Source: Eledone cirrhosa
Taxonomy: Eukaryota
NCBI GenBank assembly: GCA_964016885.1
Contig: OZ024743.1
Location: 342,364,001 to 342,428,000 of the forward strand
Reading direction: 5' to 3'
DNA: 64,000 nt
Shown here: one piece after another, positions 53,934 through 64,000 of the stretch
How the letters are laid out: every line of letters begins with the position of its first letter
How positions within the stretch are numbered: the stretch's first letter is position 1
The notes under the pieces: generated by a model
Seen by the model: only the letters and a program-made list of their open reading frames with translations
Database searches by the model: none
What the model was told of the DNA's origin: nothing
Made by a program: the position numbers and the translations under genes

Positions 53934-55042
53934 ATTACAATACACATATCTATTTTCCATTACACAGAAATTAAGCTTTATTGGAAGTTTAAACATCAAA
54001 AATATTTAAAATAAGCATGGTAATAGTGAAAATAATGCTAATACATCTACCCAATATACATGGGGCAATAATTACAAGAAACACTTATAATAAATAATAA
54101 ACAACAAAATTATATAATATAATACAATATAATAAAGTAGAATATATATAAAATAACAATATATATAATCTCCGGTTAATTTACAGAAACAATATAGATG
54201 TCACAGTGAAATACAATGATAAGTTGTTAACATTATATTAACAATTACCATAATCAATATGTACAACATGGTTCATATTGGGTTACATAATAAATAGGGA
54301 AATATAATACAATAATACAATAATACTAAAAAAAAACTATATTGGTACAGGGAACAATTATGATGTTACATAAAAAATATGTTGTTACAGAAAAAATATA
54401 TAGACATCTAACATGATATGAAAAGTCTAAATACCATAATGTTACATACTACAATATTAAAATATTAAAATATTAAAATATTATTAAAATATTTAAAATA
54501 TTAAAAAATATACAGTTTAAGTATCTTAATGTTATATATAATAAACGGTAAGTAATAAGGATCTATATCATAATGTAGTATATTTTTAAAATAGGCATAT
54601 AATATATAAATAAATACTTATAATTTCAAGGTTAGTAGACAGACATATGTGGATGAGCAAAGCCAGACAGTGAGTGGTAAATAAAAACAATCAACCGGAA
54701 ATTACAAAACGAAGCAAATGTTTACACACTTAAGTCCCGCGTGCATTAAGAAATTTGGTAAGCACCCAGGAAAACGATCATTTTAAATGACTCCCAACCC
54801 TATTTGATAAATTAATATTAAAAATATCGAACCCGTCCGATAAGGTAGTATAAAATTAGCTATAGTCTCAGTCATTAAAGTATATAAAATTTAATATATC
54901 GTTACAACTGTTTACAAAAAGGAATAAAATTACACTATCATACACGCAACGATATCTAAAAAAACTGACTTAAGTAAAGTTAAGGTAAGCTAATGGGGAC
55001 AGAATTGATGAAATATATGGAGGGTGCGAAGTAGCATAAAAT

Positions 55043-55590
55043 ATATTCGATATACTATAATAAATAATAGAACAGAGCATAAAAGAGTGGGGGGTTTAAT
55101 ATAATCATATTTAATCTAGAGGGGTTGACAATAAGTTTATGCGTGCATGGGGGTGGGGAAGAAGGGGGGGGGGGGTTAATAAATAAATCAGAATAGACTT
55201 AGAAATAAAAATATAAATAGAATTAAAATTAAAAATAAAAATAAAAATAATGTTAAAATTAAAAATTAAAAATTAAAAATTAAATATACTATAATTATAA
55301 ATAAATTCGATATACTATAATAATTCGATATACTATAATAAATTATAATAGATTCGATATACTATAATAAATAATAGAACAGAGCATAAAAGAGTGGGGG
55401 GGTTTAATATAATCATATTCAATCTAGGGGGGTTGACAATAAGTTTATGCGTGCATGGGGGGAAAGAAGGGGGGGGGGTTAATAGATAAATCAGAATAGA
55501 CTTAGAAATAAAAATATAAATAGAATTGAAAATAAAAATAAAAATGAAAATAATGATAAAAATAATGTTAAAATTAAAAATTAAAGTTAA
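55043..55590. repeat. Tandem duplication (~305-bp period)
   Basis: ATTCGATATACTATAATAAATAATAGAACAGAGCATAAAAGAGTGGGGG at ~55045 and ~55352. Confidence 0.85.
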
Positions 55591-56067
55591 TGATAATAAA
55601 AGAATATATAAAGGTAATAACGTGTGTAATCTTATGTATACTAATAAGGTGTAATAGTGAAGACATAGATACGGTACAGTGGCCAAATGACTATGAGAGC
55701 TAGAATGAAGAGTCATCAAAAACCAATGGTAACAATAGTGTTGGCAAACAAAAGAACCCAAACAAAGAACTAAGTAATGGAATATATCTGCTAATGGGTA
55801 CGATTTGTACTACTAGAACATTTGGGTTTATAATAAAAGTAAGAATTAGAAATTGCATGGGGGCAAGAAGAGAATATCTCAGACTTTCTATTCAGTAAGA
55901 GTACGCTAGAGAAAATAATAGAGTGTGTCTCAAGTATACAGAGATTACAAAACTTACTATGTGCAGAAAGGTGGTTAGATCGTGCTACTAAACTCCAGTT
56001 AAGGCTATATGGTATACAAGCTCCCTTAAGGTCCCAGATATAATGCGTTAGAGAGGTAGAATTCTTA

Positions 56068-56492
56068 ACTTCGGTGGGAAGAATTTACAAGATTCCTGGT
56101 TAACTTTGTTTGGGAACTTTCTCGCATTCTTCTGTCTGTGGCGATTGTCAAACTGTGATCAGGTTGTGTTGTGATGTGTGGCTATATATAAGAGAGATTT
56201 CGATGTGTCTGGGGTGTGAGGTGGGGTGTTAATGAGTGTTGATGAAGATTTGGAGGAATTAAAGCATACACACACACACATACATATATACACTCAGAAA
56301 ATGGTATGGTTGACATCAAGATATTGAGTAGATGTGTGTACATATATGTATGCATAGATGTGTTTTTATATATATGTCTGTAGGTATACAGATACATGTT
56401 TATATGTATGTGTGCATGTGTGTGTGTATATATGTGTATATATGTGTATGTATGCACGTGCATACTTACACATATATATATGTGTGTGTGTG

Positions 56493-56585
<93 letters not shown>

Positions 56586-57532
56586 ATATATATGTGTGTG
56601 TATATATATATATATATGTGTGTGTGTATGTTTATGTATATACGTATGTATGTACATGTGTGGGTGTATGCATGTGTGTGTATATATATAAATATATATA
56701 TGTGTGTGTAGGGGTGTATATGTGTGTGTGTGTGTGTTGATGTGTGTGTTGATATGTGTGTGTATGTGTATGTATGTGTGTGTGTTGATGTGTGTATTGA
56801 TATGTGTGTGTATGTGTGTGTGTGTATGTATGTAATATATATGGACTGTAAATATATTTACATATAGGGAAGTGAATATGTGAGTTAGCATGCCCCCCCC
56901 CCCCCCCAGATACACACACACTTCCTCTCCCAAACCAATATCAACAACACATTTTTGACAATTGTTCCAAAAGTATCCTTCTTTTCTCTTTTTACTGTCA
57001 TCCCATTCTTAACAAAAGACATGTATCTTACACCTCATTAAAACCCACCACCCCCGAAATTCATCTTTGATACAGACATTTGTAGAAGACATACTTTATA
57101 AATTTAAGAGAGTTGATTCAGCTATAAGAAACGAATTTGAAAATCACCCTGCCATTATATACACATCAAAGGTCAGCTAATGAAATAAAATCAGCAGGAG
57201 GGGATGTTTACAACCACCTTCTCAAACACCCTTATCTTGATGTCAACCTCACCATTTTCTGAGTGTATATATGTATGTGTTTGTGTGTGTATATGTGTGT
57301 GTGTGCGTGTATGTGTGGGTGTGTGTATGCTTTAATACCTCCAAATCTTCATCAACACTCATTAACACCCCACCCCACACCGCAGACACATCCAAATCTC
57401 TCTTATATATATATATAGTCTCACATCACAACACAACCTGATCTCAGTTTGACAATCACCACCGACGAATGCGAGAAAGTTCTCCAACAAAGTTAACCAG
57501 GAATTTTTTTAATTCTTCCCACCGAAGTTAAC
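56068..57532. repeat. Diverged inverted repeat, ~260-300-bp arms, ~900-bp spacer
   Basis: 56068-56325 matches the reverse complement of 57233-57532. Confidence 0.85.
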
Positions 57533-57672
57533 AAAGAATTTATTAGATCTACCAACTCATGATTTTATAATATTATAAAATTAAATCAAATTATTTAACA
57601 CTACAAGTGAAGTCATTCTTTTCCTTTTTTTCAAATATACTTAACTGTACCAAGGATCTCACACATTTTCCA

Positions 57673-57704
<32 letters not shown>

Positions 57705-59879
57705 ATACTACCAAAATTAGATTAAAGATGCCATGTCTGAGAATATCAGAAGCATGCGCCATATCACCTGTGGAATAAGCTCAAAGATTACAAGCAATAA
57801 ATCTGAGCATTTATTAATCCGAGCATTTATATATATATGTATATATATACTTGTATTATACACAGACATACACATAAATACACACAGGTGGGGTGTCATG
57901 CTATGGACCCATAATTTATGATGGAGTCATAGGCGTTCTGCTGCCATGAAATATGCGTGTCTTGGGCGTTTGTTGTATTAACTAGGCAAAGCTCATCCCT
58001 CTTCAGATCTGAACGCAGTCGATTTCTTCCGAAGAAGGAGGAAAAGAACATGAGAACGAGAAAAGGAATAAAAATCGACGCAATAACTAGACTGCTATAT
58101 TATTTATCGGCGTCTAAAGGATGAAAGACAATGTTGACCTCGACAGAATTTGATCTCAGAGTGCAGATAGCCGGGACAAATATCACAAAGCATGCTATCC
58201 TTCTAGCGTTTCTATTTTGCTGCTCGATACAAATATACGCATATACACATATGTGTGAGTGCATGTATGTGTATGTGAGCACCCGCGCGTGTGTAGAGAG
58301 AATGAGTTGTAGTTATTAGTGTATTTTGCTTAAACAAACTCCAAATTAACGAATGAACCTAACTCTGGCAAGGGAAAAATTAATATAATTTAGTAAAATG
58401 ATTGTTTTATTTTTCCCATATGGTTTGTTGTCAAGCGCTGGAAAAAAATTGTCAATCATTCTTATATGTAACTGTATGTGTCTACATAGATGAAATAAGC
58501 GTGTAAACAAACATTACGTTTGCGATAGAAGATAACATTTTATAGGGAGGGAAGTGTTATTAAGTAGACCCTTATGAATTATACTTCCGAGAGTTCTCTT
58601 TCAGAAAATGTTTTAGATTAGCTTGCTATCTCTGTTAATTAACGGGCCTATGTCTTCATTTCAATACCTGAGTAATAAAATAAATGATAATTAAACCCTA
58701 GAAGGCTATTTTCATAGAAGGGAGAAGATATATAGTATTTCTAATTTCAACTTCCTTTTCTTAATACTTATTTCCATTTACATCAGAGTACGAAACGAAA
58801 CATTACAAACATATTTCAGTAGGTATTTAAGAATGTCCACGATGGCTTTTAGGCCATTTACTTCCCAGTTGAGTAAGGTGTAGATACTATGTACTAGTCG
58901 TAACTCTTGGCAGAAGTGTCATAGATAACAGGAGTCTGAATTCAGATTCAGAACGCACAGGGGTGGGATGTATAACACAATATATCATGCCTGACTCTTT
59001 ATTGATTCCACTAATCTATTACTCCTGGTTTATTATCATAATTTATTTATACCTTACGATGGCGGGAAAAGTTGACTTCGGTGAGTTTAGAACTCAAGGG
59101 GATACAAAGCCGGAACAAATAATACAGCTTTTAAACTTATACTCTAACGATTCTCCTAATTCTTCATTATATTCAGTAATACACTGGGATAATTGCTGGC
59201 CTTGTGCCAAAAGAAGAAACAATTATATTCTGCATATTATAAAATGAAGCTCTCATTTATATTTACTGACTAACCAACGACAAAATATAATCAACAGCAT
59301 TGTTAAGAACACTTCGCTCACACTATAAAAGCTATGTTATTCAACAATTTTGCAATGTATTACATTGTCGTTGTATCTAGGGATAAATATGCACAATGTT
59401 CCATTTGTAGATGAAACGATTAGACCCAATAACAACAAAAAATAGGAAAGGAAACATAGTATGGTATAATCCAATTTATGGTCTTACCAACTCTGATAGT
59501 TCACGATTTTCTGAAGGTATGCACCTATCATGTCGGCGAATTGGCAGAGTCATTAGAACGTCGAATAGAATGCTTTATGGTATTCCTGAATTTAACAGTA
59601 AAAGCAAACATTGTTGCGTTAAATGGTCTCCACTCGGTTTCAACATCCTATGTTTTGTAGGCTTACTTGGCTTTAGGTAGTTTCAGGTTGCAGATTACTA
59701 GATGGGGATCTGTTGACAATTCAGCCCCTCTCTTAACATGAATATCCAGCACAGAACCTAAGAAATCAGAGACAATAATATAACCAATTATTGATCTCTC
59801 TCCCTGATTCCTCTTATACCATGTGTATTTATCGATGTATTTATGCTAGATGTAGGTGTTCATAATAGAGAGCCCATTA

Positions 59880-60710
59880 CTAGATGGGGATGGCCCTTTC
59901 TTCCAATCACTCCTTCTTTTTTTCAGCCCAATCCTTAAGAAGCATATTCTCCCACTCAGTGGGATCCAGTCCATAACACATTCTGACAGCCGCGAGTTTC
60001 TGAGTATCCCTACTTCCGCTTGTGGAGTCATCTATGGTGTCACATATGAATAGTGGTATTTCTATCCTCCATTCAAATCAACAGTACCTAAGCCACTGAA
60101 ATTTGTTGAAGAAAACCCGACTATATAAAGTCGGTAGTATCTGGACTACAACAATAGTTCTTACTCCTTGCCTGTAAGGGGCGTAACGTTCAGTTGTCAA
60201 TTGTTAAGGTTTGTTCTCTACCGGACCTTCTCTTTGCGGCCATTCCACGCCCCTTAGGATAAGTCATAGGCCTATAACCAATTCTTACGGGGTTGGAGGG
60301 AGACTGCAACTTATACCAAGCCCCTATACCAATGACCTGAACATGTCTCTTCTTATCCCGCGTGAAGGTCGATGCGGTATGAATGCCTATAATTTTTCTT
60401 ACCATATTTCAGTGCTTTGGTGGTTTTATTCGTGCTAGTCACCAATTTGGTACTTTTCTCAGTCCTACGTAAACTAGGCTTTTTTAGCGGTGGCTTTAAC
60501 TTGCCTCATCATAGCTACATCACTTGGTTGTGAGAGTGTTCTTCGATGTCAGCAGTGCCACCAATTACGTTATCTCTATTTGTAGGATACAGTTATTGGG
60601 CCGGGGTTGCTTATTCGTCCTACAGGTGCCCAGTTATATCACAACTTACCATCGTATCTGTTGGTCGCATCGCTCTTCGCCATTTGCAGCACAGCTCTGC
60701 CGATAACATG
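59880..60710 (-). mobile_element. RTE-clade LINE 5' fragment (UTR + start of APE endonuclease)
   Basis: LNVTPLTGKE, IVGFSST...G, QAEVGIL...DWIPLSGRICFLRI; multiple stops. Confidence 0.8.
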
Positions 60711-60799
60711 AATTTCGCCATATAAAACACAATAAATATGTGACCAATCCTCTACGACACTTTAATCCCCGATTCACAACTGAGTGATATGTATAACAT

Positions 60800-61016
60800 G
60801 ATTTCTACTATAGGCACAAGGCCAGTAATTTGTGGGGAGAATAAAGTCGATTAAATCGAACCCAGTGCGTTACTGGTGCTTTATTGTATCGATCCCGTAA
60901 GGATGAAAGGCAAAGTTAAACTCGGCGGGATTTGAACTCAGACCGTAAAGGGCCGTAACTCTATGCTGCAAAGCATGGTGTCAGACTTTCTACTGATACT
61001 GCCAATCCCCCGCCCT
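60800..61016 (-). mobile_element. SINE family A (long variant)
   Basis: Consensus match. Older or partial copies also at ~25590-25720, 29497-29561, 51015-51145, 58100-58190, 59040-59222, 61310-61490. Confidence 0.88.
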
Positions 61017-61669
61017 AGTAATATAAATAAAATAACATGACATATAAGTTCAACAAGTCACTGTTAAAACAACGTATGTAACTATTGCATAATTTCCAAA
61101 TCTCGTTGTGAATAATTGAGAGAACATTCGTGTGTATAATTCACTTTCGAAAAAATATGTTTTACAATAACTGCGTTACACTCAGAGAAAATCATTTGTC
61201 TGCAGTGCTGTGAGACACCGGGGAAAGTTATTCGTTATTGGGAAACAGTAAAATGTGCAACGTATTTGCTACATGATGTAGATAGTAATAGTATATTTCA
61301 TTCTAACATTACAACAAACCCAGCAATTTTGGGGAAAACGAGAGTCGATTATGTCGACCAAATACTTAAATGATACTTCTTTTATATAGATCCCGGAAGG
61401 ATGAATGGCAAAGTTGACTTCGGTGTGATTTGATCTCGGGAAGTAGAAAGTCGTAATTAAATACATTTAATACGACGCATTAACGATTCTGTAACTCCTT
61501 GCTTTCAAAACATTTATATTTAGACCTTGTTTTTTTCATGAAAAACAATGAATACTTGTGTTTCTGGGTGTGCGGTTTTGTAAATAAGATTGTTTCCTTA
61601 TAATTAAAGCATTGTAATGTGATTAAGAACTTCAATTCACAAACTCATGGTTTCGATTTGAGTCACATT

Positions 61670-62292
61670 GAACATACATACATATATACATGGTCGTGGC
61701 TACCAACTCGTTTTCGAGTACGGCCACTACTTTATATCCATGTAGGAGAACCCCTACCGATGCGCTAAACAAGTGTGACTTTTTAGTCCAGCCAACGACT
61801 TGAAAACTCTGGTACAAACACTACACCTGTGACAATTATTGACACATAGTGCTGGGCCCATGGTACCATGTGACGACAAGTGCAGAGAGATCTCCAGATA
61901 CAAAGCAATGCCTGTGCATACATACATACATACATACATACATACATACATACATGGTGGCTGCCAACTCGTTTTCGAGTACGGCCACTACTTTATATCC
62001 ATGTAGGAGAACCCCTACCGATGCGCTAAACAAGTGTGACTTTTTAGTCCAGCCAGCGACTTGAAAACTCTGGTACAAACACTACACTTGTGACAATTAT
62101 TGACATACATACATACATACATACATACATACATAGATACATACATACATACATACATACATACATACATACATACATACATACATACACACACACACAC
62201 TTACATACATGCATATATACATACACACACACATACGTACATACATACATGATGATGGCTGCCCCCTCGTTATCGGTTATGGCCATTGCACA
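61670..62292 (-). mobile_element. Stacked 3' ends of an RTE/BovB-like LINE with (ATGT)n tails
   Basis: Two copies of CSVCTRVFKSLAGLKSH plus short UTR (61689-61848, 61953-62105) and a third tip at 62230-62290, each followed by (ATGT)n. Confidence 0.7.
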
Positions 62293-62704
62293 TTATTGAT
62301 AATTATTAATTCATTCTATCGCGAAATGTCTGTGCGTGAAGACCTTTTTAAGGTGAGGAAAGACTGTGCACTAAGCGAATTCCACTCTCTGGGCGACAGT
62401 AGCTATAATCCAAAAAGAAGAAAATATCAACATCATCGGTAACAACTGAGCCGTAGGTTTTATGTCAGAGTAATCCCAGTTTCCTGAGTTGCCTTCTCCT
62501 AGAAGAATGCCCTGACAAAGGTTAGGGGTCCTTCACTCCTAGTGGTTTAACCATGCGATTGGGTATCCAGCCCGATTATTTCTATTTCTCCGTGCATATA
62601 TATATATATATATATATATACACATGTTTACATGTATATACATATATATACATATACGCATATATACACATACATACATGTATATACATATTTACACATT
62701 TTTG

Positions 62705-62900
62705 GTAGGCCGTTGATTCTTATGTATTCCTCCGCCCTTTGTCAGGTATTGTTTTTTGTCCTGATTGGTGTGCAAAATCACCCTCCTCAGCAAGTAAGCT
62801 TGATGGGGTTGCCGGTTTAGTCGCCGACGACCCGACCATGCGAGAGGTTTTACTGGGTTACATGTTACCAGTAGCGCTCAAGAGTGACCCGACATAGCAT
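62705..62900 (-). repeat. Interspersed repeat homologous to 12852-13010
   Basis: Shared GCGCTACTGGTAACATGTAACCCAGTA hairpin block. Confidence 0.7.
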
Positions 62901-63095
62901 ACAAACATAGATACACACATAATACATATACACATACACACACACATAGATACACACATAAATGATTTTGAGAATCTCTGATTCCGATTTTTTGATGTTT
63001 TATTTCGTGTAAGTTTGTGTATATATATATATGATTTAATCTTGATTATGTTTTACATTCGTGTGTGTATATTTATATTTTATATGTATGCAAAT

Positions 63096-63605
63096 AATTG
63101 TTTCTACTTTTGGCACAAGGCCAGCAATTATCCAGTGTATTACTGGTACTTTATTTTATCGACCCCTTAAGGATGAAAGGCAAAGTTAATATGTATGCAA
63201 ATAATGATTTTTTGTATAGGCACAAGGCCAGTAATTTTGCTGGAGGGGAAAGTCGATTAAATCGAACCCAGTACATTACTGGTGCTCTATTTTATCGACC
63301 CTAAACGATAAAAGGCAAAGTTAACCTCGGCGGCATTTGAACTCAGACCGTAAAGGACTCTATGGTGCAAAGCATGGTGTCCGACTATACCGGTACTGCC
63401 AATCCACCACCCTATATGTATGCAAATAATTGTTTCTACTTTAGGCACAAGGCCAGCAATTATCTAGTGCATTACTGGTACTTTATTTTATCGACCCCGT
63501 AAGGATGAAAGGCAAAGTCAACCTCGGCGGGATTTGAACTCAGATCGTAAAGGGACGTAACTATGCTGGAAAGCATGGCGTCCGACCCTCTACTGATACT
63601 GCCAA
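63096..63605 (-). mobile_element. Three stacked SINE A copies separated by a repeated target sequence
   Basis: Copies at 63096-63189 (truncated), 63205-63412 and 63428-63605; (TATATGT)ATGCAAATAAT appears four times. Confidence 0.9.
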
Positions 63606-64000
63606 TGCAAATAATGAAATTGAAGTTTAAGCCTGTTGCGTCTACTTTTGATATCGTATTTTGTGATATTCATTTTGGGTTCGTTTCGCTTATTTCTTTA
63701 TTGACTTAGGTAATATTTGTTTTTTTCTGTTGTGTTGTACGAATTAGACTTCCCGATGCGTGGCATCACTTCATCTACGTAGATTGTTTGGGGTTTTAAA
63801 TTGCGAGACGGTGGGAGAATGTGGAGCACAGACTATTAGGTAATGGGGTCGTAGCCGTTGTAGACATTCATAACTTTATTAGTTTTATTATATATAAACT
63901 CCCTAATATCACAGCTTGATAACGCCTGTCTTCCTTATTTGGGGGCTGTTGCAGTCCGCTTGGCGGTATGCGTAGTTCGGAAGGGAAAGACGGGTTGTTC

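Noticed and set aside
57452-57476. CCGACGA-ATGCGA-GAAA-GTTC-TC hammerhead-like string
   Set aside because: No stem I or stem II pairing, and the other arm differs in the core.
61754-62200. Host C2H2 zinc-finger gene
   Set aside because: Single finger followed by a stop, short UTR and microsatellite tail; fits a LINE C-terminus.

Overview
AT-rich, repeat-saturated animal non-coding DNA, probably cephalopod (octopus-like), inferred from the dominant SINE and the (TA)n/(GA)n/(GT)n load. I found no convincing host protein-coding exon; most listed ORFs are microsatellite read-throughs. The window is a nest of decayed retroelements: several Penelope-like elements (PLEs; RT plus C-terminal GIY-YIG), Tx1/L1-, CR1-, RTE- and R4-like LINE fragments, more than 15 copies of one tRNA-derived SINE, a hAT MITE and a mariner remnant. 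The main signal not shown by the ORF track is about 30 type-I hammerhead ribozyme (HHR) motifs from more than a dozen sequence families, read by eye on both strands. They sit in PLE pseudo-LTRs, in fold-back palindromes embedded in (TA)n, and in two non-coding tandem arrays (310-bp and 566-bp units) that look like retrozymes. Several have non-canonical cores (U3-A8 covariation, U4C, G8U) or very long stem II insertions. All folds are manual predictions; activity is untested and element boundaries are approximate.
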